A stretch of DNA of 64,000 bases. It comes from Octopus sinensis (Eukaryota). Made by a program: the position numbers and the translations under genes. The DNA is taken from assembly GCF_006345805.1 (NCBI RefSeq), contig NC_043018.1, positions 10,726,001-10,790,000 of the forward strand, in the 5' to 3' direction. The first letter of the stretch is position 1, and each line of letters opens with the position of its first letter. The notes below the pieces were generated by a model. That model was not told the DNA's origin and made no database searches. It worked only from the letters and a program-made list of their open reading frames with translations. Below are positions 52,779 through 64,000 of this stretch, piece by piece.

Positions 52779-53193
52779 GGATCTTTTCGGTTTGAACGGC
52801 AGTTTTTTCTAGCGGTGTCATATGAAATTGTCACCCATAATTATGACCCTAGTATCGATCTATTGCATTTCAATCTGTTTTAGGGTTAGGGTTAGGGGTG
52901 GGGGAAGGGTATCTTTTTTTCTTCACAAATGTAAATAAACCCAATCTGTTTCTTAAGCGAGGGACATATTCATACGGCACAGAATGTTTTTCACCTCAAT
53001 AGACATCATTGATTGGTTGAAATTGCAGAAATTGAAGAAAACAACAACAAATATCTTACAAGCTATAGGATTTTCTCAATAAAGCCAAGAGAAAAATATG
53101 TTTTATAAACACATTCTACCAGTATACGTAGTTTAAAATTTTTTAGTTACCTAGAAATTATGTTAAAAACTGCCGTTCAAACCGAAAAGATCC
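52779..53193 (+). mobile_element. GGATC-ended MITE with internal TTAGGG repeats (copy 2)
   Basis: Perfect 28-bp TIRs; flanks AAAATTTC / AAAAGTTC (7 of 8 match, probable TSD). Confidence 0.9.
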
Positions 53194-53864
53194 AAAAGTT
53201 CTTATCCTTATACGCATTCAGCTTGAATATTATGCAAACATGATTTTATTTAAATATATACTCGAATACACACGCTCGCACGCACACCGACACACACACA
53301 TATGTACATGTATGTAACTTAGAAACGTTTTGCTCATTATTGGGCCCAGGTCATGTCTAACTTTAACAGCAGCACATGGCCTACTCACCACATGGCCTAC
53401 TCATGTATGTCATGTTTGAGGACACTCATGTAGGAAGCTATTTGCCGAGATGTATTCGGTTGCAGTAGTCACTCGAATCTAGATAGCCTTCAGTCTGTCT
53501 ACCTATCTATTTCTAGCCATCCATCCAGTCTACCAATACACACACACATACGCACACACACACACACAGACGCACACGCACACATTTATCAATTAGATTA
53601 TAAGGATAAAATCTATATAATATTTGATCAAGTAGCCAGTGTGTAAAACCAATTAAGATTTAAAAAATTAAGACGAAGTATATGATTTAAAAAAAATACA
53701 TTTTATTATATTAAGGGCTGTTACTGTGTGGCTTTCCACACAGAGTGCGGATGGTATTTGTGTACAGTTTTATGGTTTAAAAAAAAAACGCTTATATAAC
53801 GACAGGAAAAAAACTGTATTTTTATAGAAATAACATAAACATAAAGCTAAATTATCAGTTTAAT

Positions 53865-54390
53865 GAATCATTCAATAAAACCACCATAAGCATCAATAAC
53901 TGCCTCTACGCGGGGTCGAAATCGTTTACAAGCTCGGATTAAGTGGTCCTTGTTCATATCGGACATGACTCGAACTATGGCGGCTTTCAAAAAACTTTGG
54001 TGCTAAGGGGTGTGCATTAACATTGTTCTTTACGATGCTCCATTCATAGTAGTCCGGGGGTGGGCGGGGAAATGATGGGGGAGGTGCGATCATGCAAATT
54101 GTTAGCCATCCGTTCTTGTGTCATTTGAGCCTTGTGTGATGGTGCAGAATCTTGTTGAAAGACATAAGGCCCTTCATTGCGTACACTGTTGATCCATTGC
54201 TTAACAACTTTATCCAGAACCTCAATGTATGCAGCAGCATTCACTATAAAGCCTTATGGAAAAAAAAAAGTGAAGAGGCATCACATGGCCTTCATGGCTA
54301 ACAACGCCCAAAACCATGACACTTGCAAGAAATTTTGTGTGCATTACTCTTGGAACCCCAGAAGGGTCTGCACATAGCCATCTATCGGAT
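53865..54390 (-). pseudogene. maT/DD37D-like transposase C-terminal fragment
   Basis: NAAAYIEVLDKVVKQWI...YVFQQDSAPSHKA...DYYEWSIV...IRACKRFRPRVEAVIDAYGGFIE*. Confidence 0.85.
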
Positions 54391-54729
54391 GTGTTTAGGG
54401 GAGAAATTTCGGATCCTTACCTTTTGACCTACAAATTAAAAAAATAAATTTTTATAACTAAACACTTTCAAACTTCGGACACAGGTAGAATGTGTCATAT
54501 AAAACATGTTTTACTCTCTGTCTTCAAATTTTGGTACAAGGCCTGAAATTTCGGGGTGGGTGGGTGTAAGTCGATTACATCAACCTCCGTTGTTCTACTG
54601 GTACTTATTTTATCGATCCAGGAAGAATGAAAGGAAAAGTTGAGCTCGGTGGAATTTGGACTCAGATGTAAAGACAGACGAAATTCCGCTCTAAAGTTTG
54701 CTCGGTGTGCTAACGATCCTGCCAGTTCT

Positions 54730-56590
54730 TTTGAAATATTGAAGGCTATCATAGTGCAAGGTAATTCTTCACAAGGGTCTTCTGTGGATATGATCAAATG
54801 CCTTTTTAAAGTCAATAAAATTTAGCCTCAGTGGTCATTCAGGCTCAATACACTCTTGAATACATTTCTGATATAATATTAAAAAATATAGAAATATGTT
54901 CAGTGCAGGATCGGTCGTTAAGAACTCCAACTTGTTCCTCTCGTAGTACAGCGTCCGTAGCGTCTCAGCTTGTTTAGAAGCATTTCCCAGTGAACTTCAC
55001 CAGGCACCGATGGAAGTGTGATGCCCCGTCGTTTATTGCAGTTGGATAGGTCGCCCTTCTTTGGTAGTTTTTCACAAAGATCCCCTCTTGTTTCTTTATT
55101 GCCCACAAGGGGCTAAACATAGAGGGAACAAACAAGGACAGACAAAGGGATTAAATCGGTACTTAATTTATCGACCCCGAAAGGATGAGAGGCAAAGTCA
55201 ACCACGGCGGAATTTGAACTCAGAACGTAACGGCAGACGAAATACCACTAAGCATTTCGCCCAGGGTGCTAGCGTTTCTGCCAACCGTGAATCCCCCTGT
55301 AGCTATCGCAGCAACAACTCATCTGAGTTGTCAGTTCAATGACTTCAGTGTTCTCACCGTGTTTGAGCATTCCAGCTGGGATTCCATCCAATCCAACAGC
55401 TTTGTTGTTTAACAACATTTTTTGTTATTGCTTTTGTTTCCTCTTCGCTCGTTGTTGCATCTTCGTCTGCATCCAGAGCTATACTCCACTCTCTTTTAAT
55501 CTTTTACTTGTTTCAGTCATTTGACACAGCCTTTAGTCGAGCAAATCGATCCCAGGACTTATTCTTTGTAAGCCTAGTACTTATTCTATCGGTCTCTTTT
55601 GCCGAGCCGCTAAGTTACGGGGACGTAAACACACCAGCATCGGTTGCCAAGCGATGCTGAGGGGACGAACACAGACACACAAACACACACACACACATAT
55701 ATATACATATATACGACGGGCTTCTTTCAGTTTCCGTCTACCAAATCCACTCACAAGGCTTTGGTCGGCCCGGGGCTATAGTAGAAGACATTTGCCCAAG
55801 GTGCCATGCAGTGGGACTGAACCCGGAACCATGTAGTTGGTAAGCAAGCTACTTACCACACAGTCACTCCTGCGCCTATCTTATCTTATCATTATGTTAG
55901 TCAAGGTTGTGCAGTTCTGTCGATGGGGGTGAGTTAAATATTTCTTGAAAGTAGGCAGCCAGCTGGTAGAATCGTTACGAAGCCGAGCAAAATGCTTAGC
56001 GGAATTTCGTCCGTTTTTACGTTCTGAGTTCAAATTTCGCCGAGGTCTCTTTTGTCGTTCATCCTTTCGGGGCCGATAAAATAAGTACTATTTGAAGACT
56101 GGGGTCGATGTAATCGACTTACCCGCGCTTTCCTCGAACTTGCTAACCTCATGCCAAAATTTGAAATCAATATTTGTTTAAAGTGTTCCATCCATCGACA
56201 ATCTTGTTTTGTTGTTAACAAAGTCCTTCCTTGTTTATTCTTCATTGGTATTTGCTTTTTGCTCCAATTAGCTCTCTTACTCTGCCGTATGGAATCCTTC
56301 GATCATTTTGGTCGTTGCTTCTTCTATTCTGTGTATTTTCAGTCTAACCGGTCTTTTCTGTCGGCGGTCCATATCTTTCTATTCTTTGTTACTACTTGTG
56401 CGTTTCTTCCTCTGTTTTTACTCCATTTCTGGTGTTATTTACATTTTTTTTTATCAGTAAGATCCCAAGTTGTTTCTTTGATGGAATACTCTCAATCCTC
56501 TTCTTCTTCACATTATTTCATCTGCTCAATGAAGATAAATACCTACAACGGCTCACATCTGAACTAGAACAAAATTTTGGAAAGGTTTGT
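54730..56590 (-). pseudogene. RTE-type LINE fragment (pre-RT region to RT domain 3), interrupted by SINE-A (55498-55877) and SINE-B copies
   Basis: RWMEHFKQIL, KAVGLDGIPAGMLKHG, KLPKKGDLSNCNKRRGITLPSVPG and NFIDFKKAFDHIHR. Confidence 0.8.
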
Positions 56591-56849
56591 CCGAGAACCA
56601 GTGTGGAGAAGACCAAAACAACAAGCTGGGTGAAATACTTAGCGATATTTCGTCCGTCCTTATGTACAGAGTTCAAATTCCGTCGAGGTTGACTTTGCCT
56701 TTTATAGATTCGGGGTCGATGAAATAAGTGCCAGTCGAGTACTGAGGTGAAAGTAATCGTGTTAACCAACCCTGGGAATGAGTATAAAAACTGCATCCTT
56801 CTGCCAAGCCATAACAAGCCAGTGTGGTAGCAGGCTTACCAAACCAGTA

Positions 56850-57550
56850 TGTCTTCAAGCTCAAATTCACGGCCTCCACATCGGACCGTATGTGATGGAC
56901 AGGACATGCTGAAGTCTTCCTCCTGCAGTGGACTAAACATCGACACTCCAATTCAATCCAAAGATCCACCTGTCTGGGTACCGTCATCAGTTGCAGAGAT
57001 GATATTCAGACAGACGTCAACCATGGAACTGGTAAGGTCGTAGCCATATTCCAGAGAATGTGCGCTATCTTTTTCTCCAACCTGTCGGTTTACACATAAA
57101 GATTTGGCTCTTCAGTAGCATGGTTCTATCAATGGTTCTGTGTGCCAGTGTGGCATGGAAGGGCACCATGAAAATCGACATCTTCTACCAAAGATGATTG
57201 GGAAGGATTCTGAGTATGTACTGGCAAGAGCACGTGAGCAATGAAGACATTCTAAAGACAGCGAACGCAAGATCACTTTGCGAAATCATCGCAAAACGAA
57301 AAGTAAAACTAGTAGATCGGGTGCAGTGGTTACCAGAACAAGACCTTTCCAAAACAGTTTTTAAATGGACACCAATGGAGAGAGAGAGAGAAAAAAAGAG
57401 AGGAAAACGGAAATGTCCATGAAGCAGAACATTCATGACCGTCATCACTGAAACCAACATCACGTGACCAGATGTAGAAAAAACGTCAACCAACAGAAAC
57501 TAGGGGGTCAATTTGCTGCCCATGTGTTTGAGGGCACAGGAGGGACTGAT
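56850..57550 (+). pseudogene. RTE-type LINE 3' fragment
   Basis: CLGTVIS...DVN, LGRILSMYWQEHVSNEDIL...IIAKRKVKLV..., FKWTP...KRGK. Confidence 0.8.
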
Positions 57551-57554
57551 ATTA

Positions 57555-57930
57555 CTATACACACACACACACACACACACATACATACATACATACACAC
57601 ACACATACATACATACGTACATACATACTTACATACACACATATATACATACATACACACACACATACATACATACGTACATACATACTTACACACACAC
57701 ATACATACATACATACGCACACACATACATACATACGTACATACACACATACATACGTACATACACACATACATACACACATACATATAAACATACACAC
57801 ATACATACATACACACATACATACACACACATACATACATACACACACACATACATACATACACACATACATACATATATACACACACACACATACACAC
57901 ATACATACACACACACATACATACATATTA
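57555..57930. repeat. (TACA)n/(CA)n microsatellite
   Basis: Visible directly in the sequence. Confidence 0.95.
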
Positions 57931-58064
57931 GTACTGGAGGACATTTGTTCCACTAAGACTCTTCAAGTCGGTGCGGGCCGCAATGTGGCCGCAGCCTTCA
58001 ACAACAAACAGTAAACGATGAAAGATATGTTTATCACCAATACCACCTCCGCCACCACTACCAT

Positions 58065-58095
<31 letters not shown>

Positions 58096-58616
58096 GCTAC
58101 TACTACTACCACTACTACTACCACTGGTTTGAGTGATTTTTGAAAGTAATGAAGGTGTGTCACTTTCCCAGAAATTTTGTTTTGTAGCTACTAGCAACCA
58201 CTACCAACACCTCTATCGCCGCCGCCGCCGCTTCCACCCCCACAAACAAATGGCTTCTATGCGGTGGGTTTGACCTTCTACAAATAGCAGTCAAAATCTG
58301 CCTCTGATCTGACCTTACCGTTCTAAATAAAAGGGTGGGGAACACATCTTAGAATTAGGTTGTATATTCCTAAATATAACCATAAACAAAAAATATATAT
58401 ATATAAACGAGATGGTAATAGTTGAAATACCGTCTGACCAATCCACATTCGCCAGGCTTTTAGACAGCAACCCTGATCAAATTTCTTTTGTCGTTTACTT
58501 GTTTTAGTCCCTGGACTGAGTCCATGCTGGAGCACGGCCTTGAATGGTCTCGTCAAACAAATCGACACCATTTTTTTTCTTTTAAGCTTTTTATTTTTAT
58601 TTCAAGTGTGGTACAT

Positions 58617-58851
58617 CAAGGGTACACGTTACAGTGAAGTACCCTGAAGTACCCTGGTTTGGGGTAAGAGAAAATACAGGAGGGTCCCTTAATTTTGATT
58701 TTATTCAACATGTTCCCTCCTCAGACTCGTACATTTCATCGCAGCGGTCTTTCAGCTTTTCTAAGCCCTTTAAAATAACTCGGAAGATTGGACCTCCAAC
58801 CAGGCCCTTCACGAAACTTTTAAAGCCAAGGACTTTTCAGTACCCCATCGC
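58617..58851 (-). mobile_element. Mariner-derived short element
   Basis: End CGATGGGGTACTGAAAAGTCCTTGGCTTTA; residual YFKGLEKLKDRC resembles a mariner C-terminus. Confidence 0.55.
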
Positions 58852-58856
58852 ATATG

Positions 58857-58890
<34 letters not shown>

Positions 58891-59250
58891 TGTACGTACG
58901 CATGTATGTACGTATGTATGTATGTATGTATGTATGTATGTATGTATGTATGTATGTATGTATGTACGTATGTATGTATGTATATATGTATGTATGTATG
59001 TACGTATGTAGGTATGTATGTATGTAGGTATGTATGTATGTATATATGTATGTATGTACGTATGTGCGTATGTATGTATGTATGTATGTACGTATGTATG
59101 TATGTAGGCATGTATGTATGTAGGTAGGTATGTATGTAGGTATGTATGTAGGTATGTAGATATGTATGTAGGTAGGTATGTATGTATGTACGTACGTATG
59201 TATGTGTGTATGTATGTATGTATGTATGTATGTATGCGTGCATGTATGTA
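58852..59250. repeat. (TATG)n microsatellite
   Basis: Visible directly in the sequence. Confidence 0.95.
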
Positions 59251-59254
59251 TGTT

Positions 59255-60645
59255 TGTCCTTAAGCCGCGAGATGACTGCACGAATAAAAAAAGGCCACCG
59301 ATGCTTTGTCTCGTTGAAAGGTCGTGTTTGGTCCCACAAAAGCTTGAAAAATAACATCAATGTCTATAACATCTGCGTACTGACATGTCTATTATTTCCG
59401 TATGAAACACGGGTGGTGTACTGCTATCACCTAGAAACGCTTCAGTGCTTCCAGCAGTTGTGTTTCAGTAACATCTTGGACATCTACTGCATGACTCACA
59501 CTTCTGACATGAGGAATTTAGAAAGAGCCAATGCTGTTAGTATTGAGGCCTACATCCATTGTCATCATATGCGCTGGGTTAGTCGCGTTGTGCTTCTTGA
59601 TGACCGCAGAATTTCCAAGCAAATATTGTGTGGCATGCTGTCGCAAGGCACTCGACCACAGTATAAGCCAAGAAAGTTATTCGGATCTTTTCGGTTTGAA
59701 CGGCAGTTTTTAACATAATTTTAGGTAACTAAAAAATTTTAAACTTCGTATACTGGTAGAATGTGTTTATAAAACATCTTTTTCTCTTGGCTTTATTGAG
59801 AAAATTCTATGGTTTGTAAGATATTTGTTGTTTTTTTTCTTCAATTTCTGCAATTTCAACCAATCAATTACGTCCATTGAGGTAAAAAAAACATTCTGTG
59901 CCGTATGAATATGTCCCTCGTTTAAGAAGCTGATTGGGTTTATTTACATTTGTGAAGAAAAAAAGATACCCTTCTCCCCACCCCTAACCCTAAAACAGAT
60001 TGAAATGCAATAGATCGATACTAGAGTCATAATTATGGGTGACAATTTCATATGACACTGCTAGAAAAACTGCCATTCAAACCGAAACGATCCAGTTATT
60101 CAAGGACAACTTGAAAGAATCGCCTGGAATCTGTGAGATTTCAGAACAAAAATGGGAAGATATTTAACGTGATAGGAAAACCTGGGAACAAACAGTCTAT
60201 GAAGGAGTAAGCACATTCCAGTGAAATGCAAAAGATCAGCACGTTAAAACAATTCTATTGACCCTATAATTCTTCTGTGGCCTCAGATGTATGTGTTGCG
60301 CAGGCCTGGTGAGTCACTAGAGAAACCATATTGCAAAACTTATTACAAACTACAAACTTTCTTGCTGGGGCCAACCTCACATGTACTATCTGCAAAAAAA
60401 AACTTATATAAATCGCTCAGGTTTGTCCAGGGACATGAGGGTGCTCAGAGAACATCATAAGAATGATCCAGAGCGGCCAAGAAATCAAAAAGAATTTGTA
60501 TGGATGTCGAACCTGCAACAATTTCTGTAAGTCACTGGCAGGATTCAAGAGCCATTGTCGTTCACATAACATGTAGTGTTGTCATACAGTTTATTTAGTC
60601 AGCCGTGGTGGTCATATTCGTTTAACGAGTCGACAACCATCGCGT
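59255..60645 (+). pseudogene. RTE-type LINE 3' end with C-terminal zinc fingers, split by a MITE
   Basis: EMTARIKKG...MRWVSRVVLLDDRRISKQILCGML...YKPRKLF|KDNLKES...WEDI*RDRKTW...CRTCNNFCKSLAGFKSHCRSH. Confidence 0.85.
59683..60093 (-). mobile_element. GGATC-ended MITE with internal CCCTAA repeats (copy 3) and perfect 8-bp TSD
   Basis: AGTTATTC at 59675-59682 and 60094-60101; removing it restores the LINE reading frame. Confidence 0.93.
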
Positions 60646-61114
60646 ATGTATACAACTTATAAACACAGACATGGCTACGTGACTATGGAATTTGCTTGAG
60701 TCCCACTTTGCGGCACCTCGGGCAAGTGTCTTCAACTATAGTGCCGGCCGATCAATGCCTCGTGAGTGCATTTGGTAGACGGAAACTTTATGGAAGACCG
60801 TCGTGTGTGTGTGTATGTGTGCCCTTGCTTGCTAGCCGGTGTCAGTTTATTTACGTTCCCGTATCTTAGCGGTTCGGCAAAAAGGATTAAGTATCAGAAT
60901 TAAAAACAAAAATAAGTACTAGGGCAAGTTTGTTCGACGAAACCCTTCAAGGCGGTGCCCCAGCATGGCCGCAGTCCAATGACTGAAACAAATCATATAT
61001 ATATACATGTGTGTGTGTGTGTGTGTGTACGTGCGTGCGTGTGTGTGTATGTGTGCGTGCGTGTATGTCTCTGTGTGTACGTGCGTGCGTGTGTGTACTT
61101 AAATACACACAGAT

Positions 61115-62260
61115 AAGTTTCGGCCGAAGTTGGCCCAAGCCATGTCTAATTTAATGGCACCACCTGGAAGCGATACACAGTCAGCTCTTGGGTACCTTAG
61201 CACATTCGAGCAGAGAGTAATTGCGTTCGGAGACATATCCGGATGTGGGTGGTTTGTCCGGTATTTGTTGGAGGTAATCATCTATGGACCATTTGAATGC
61301 CGTGAAGTCATTTTCCTCCTTTATGTGGGCTGGCACGATGTTCAAGAGAGCAAGGCCAGTTGAGGGGAAATAGTTCTGTTGTACAACACGAACATGATTT
61401 CTATAGTGGACGGATGGCACGGGGACCAAATCACGGATGAATTTATCATTTGGGCAATGTTGATGGAGTATTTTCCATACCATACAGATGATATAGCGCT
61501 CACGGCGGCGTTGGAGGGAGTAATCTATCTATCTATCCGCTCGGTCGAAGTCGACTCTCGGTTACTCGTTGGATCAGTGTCCTCCAGTCAGTTCTATCCT
61601 GGGCCGCTTCCTTCAGATTGGCTATGTCCATTCCGGTATCACTCTTGGTGGTGTCAAGCCAGCGGGTTCTTGGTCGGCCTCTTCCTCTCTTGCCACTGAC
61701 CATTCTGAGCATGATGTCATTCTCCAGGGATTTTCTCCGCATAATATGACCGAAATATGCCAATCTATGCTTGGTGATCCTAGCTTCTAGCGACATTTTC
61801 GGCCTGATCTGCTTAAGAAATTCTCCATTGGTGAGCTTCGCTGTCCATGGAATCCGTAAGGAGGGAGTAAAACCTGAGCTTTTTGAGTCGATCCCAATAG
61901 TCAATGCTTGTCATGTCATCTGTTTCTATTTTTTTTTTTCTTGTCATTGATCTCTGTGGAGTTTCGATTTTCATAATATTCTGTATCAATATTCAAGGCG
62001 AGGGAGAGCAAAAGGAGAGAAAAGTAGAATAATGGTAGGTGCGTCCCTATATTCGAAAGTCCCGAGGATCCAGGAGGAGCACGCCCAACGTGCCATGTCA
62101 ACTTTGCTGTTTATGTGAGCACTCCAGCTTATTTTGTTGTTAACAGTAACACCCAGGTCTCTAGCAGTGCTGGATCCCGGGAGGGTTTCGCCTGAGGTAA
62201 GAGTGTATGGTTGTTGGAATACAGTCTCTTTTTCTTCGTTTAGCCACATATTATGTTTCT
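61115..62260 (-). pseudogene. CR1-group LINE 3' fragment
   Basis: ARDLGVTVNNKISWSAHI...PRLEY...YWDRLKKLRFYSL|QRRRERYIICMVWKIL...FKWSIDDYLQQIPDKPPTSGY. Confidence 0.85.
61524..61859 (-). mobile_element. 5'-truncated RTE (BovB-like) LINE nested in the CR1 fragment
   Basis: LRIPWTAKLTN...LAYFGHIMRR...GKRGRGRPRTRWLD...DRTDWR; (TAGA)n tail; 11-bp TSD GGAGGGAGTAA at 61513-61523 and 61860-61870. Confidence 0.92.
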
Positions 62261-62262
62261 CG

Positions 62263-62311
<49 letters not shown>

Positions 62312-62323
62312 CAGCAGCAGCAA

Positions 62324-63104
62324 GGCGGCGAGCTGGCAGAATCGTTAGCACACCGGGCGAAATGCTTAGCGGTATTTCGTCTGCCACTACGTTCTGAGTT
62401 CAAATTCCCCCGAGGTCGACCTTGCCTTTCATCCTTTCGGGGTCGATAAATTAAGTACCAGTTACGCACTGGGGTCGATGTAATCGACTTAATACCTATG
62501 TCTGTCCTTGTTTGTCCCCTCTGTGTTTAGCCCCTTGTGGGTAATAAAGAAATAGGTATTTCGTCTGCTGCTACGTTCTGAGTTCAAATTCCGCCGAGGT
62601 CGACTTTGCCTTTCATCCTTTCGGGGTCGATTAAATAAGTACCAGTTACGCACTGGGGTCGATGTAATCGGCTTAATACCTATGTCTGTCCTTGTTTGTC
62701 CCCTCTGCGTTTAGCCCCTTGTGGGTAATAAAGAAATAGGTATTTTGTCTGCTGCTACGTTGTGAGTTCAAATTCCGCCGAGGTCGACCTCGCCTTTCAT
62801 CCTTTCGGGGTCGATAAATTAAGTACCAGTTACGCACTGGGGTCGATGTAATCGACTTAATACCTATGTCTGTCCTTGTTTGTCCCCTCTGTGTTTAGCC
62901 CCTTGTGGGTAGTAAAGAAATAGGTATTTTGTCTGCTGCTACGTTCTGAGTTCAAATTCCGCCGAGGTCGACTTTGCCTTTCATCCTTTCGGGGTCGATT
63001 AAATAAGTACCAGTTACGCACTGGGGTCGATGTAATCGGCTTAATCCGTGTGTCTGTGCTTGTTTGTCCGCTCTGTGTTTAGCCCCTTGGGGGTAGTAAA
63101 GAAA

Positions 63105-63107
<3 letters not shown>
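62324..63107 (+). mobile_element. SINE-B head followed by four 184-bp tandem body units
   Basis: GGTATTT at 62371, 62555, 62739 and 62923; flanked by (GTA)n on both sides. Confidence 0.93.
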
Positions 63108-63173
<66 letters not shown>

Positions 63174-63526
63174 TTGCTCCTCGATATGAATTGAGCGGGG
63201 GATAGTGTCGCCGTGTTTTGAGCTAATCGCCGAGTGACTTCATTACCACCTGCTGATGGTGTAACACAAGTTCAAAATTCGAACAGCGTTCCCTCATCTT
63301 CCATAATCAGTCAACCGTATTAAATTGTTTTACATTTTATGTTTGTAGTGTCAGTGGAAGGTTAATGAATCTGTAAACGAAAGGTGATTAAGTTCTGTAT
63401 GTTGTGAATGTGTGGCCGAGAAATTGGTTAGAAAGTCTGTTTGGGTTGTATGGTGGTTCTGTCACGACTATGTAGCTGTGACTATGAATTTTGATGGTGA
63501 AAAAAGCTGTCAAACTAAGTGACAAT

Positions 63527-63925
63527 GCGAACGAGTGGCTGTGTGGTAAGTAGCTTGTTTACCAACCACATGGTTCCGGGTTCACTCCCACCGCTGGCAC
63601 CTTGGGCAAGCGTCTTCTACTATAGCTTCGGGCCGACCAAAGCCTTGTGAGTGAATTTGGTAGACGGAAACTGAAAGAAGCCCGTCGTATATATGTATAT
63701 CTATATGTGTGTGTGTTTGTGTCTCTGTGTTTGTCCCCCCAACATCGCTTGACAACCGATGTTGGTGTGTTTACATCCCCGATATTTAACTGTTCGGCAA
63801 AAGAGACCGATAGAATAAGTACTAGACTTACAAAGAATAAGTCTTGGGGTCGATTTGCTCGACTAAAGGCGGAACTCCAGCATGGCCGCAGTCAAATGAC
63901 TGAAACCAGTAAAAGAGTAAAGAGT
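63527..63925 (+). mobile_element. SINE family A (full length)
   Basis: Consensus match. Confidence 0.88.
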
Positions 63926-64000
63926 ATATCTATTTTGGTTCGAAGCAAAACTATTTCGTAGGTGTCTCAAATACGGAGGTATTGGTAATGGGTCGTATTG

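Noticed and set aside
45845-59360. YI/HT/CV/MYV-rich ORFs
   Set aside because: Products of (TA)n, (CA)n and (TACA)n microsatellites.
62371-63107. CRISPR-like array
   Set aside because: Whole units are repeated with no unique spacers; eukaryotic SINE-derived; no cas genes.

Overview
Eukaryotic, AT-rich, repeat-saturated genomic DNA. The tRNA-derived SINE families, RTE/CR1/Penelope remnants and dense (TA)n/(CA)n/(TACA)n tracts resemble an octopus (coleoid cephalopod) genome; this is inferred from memory of the repeats, not verified. The only recognisable host gene is the first coding exon of a Kruppel-like factor (KLF) on the minus strand (8198-7562). It has a canonical TATA/Inr promoter, a Sin3-interaction-like helix, zinc finger 1 and a phase-1 GT donor. 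The exons for fingers 2-3 were not found and probably lie left of the window. The rest is nested mobile DNA: three or more SINE families, RTE, CR1, R4/Dong-like and Penelope-like retroelement fragments, mariner and maT (DD37D-like) relics, a Helitron helicase fragment, and several MITE families. Nearly all ORFs in the supplied track are microsatellite or SINE artefacts. The most notable observations are: (i) three unrelated GG...CC-ended MITE families that all carry internal telomeric (TTAGGG)n; (ii) a minimal hammerhead-ribozyme-like motif and fold-back structures in Penelope-like fragments; (iii) a 184-bp SINE concatemer with ABAB higher-order structure whose junction recurs 52 kb away; (iv) a divergent KLF with candidate autoregulatory sites; (v) an apparently CpG-depleted domain with orphan splice donors, suggesting an unannotated transcript. 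Repeat coordinates were read by eye and may be off by a few bases.
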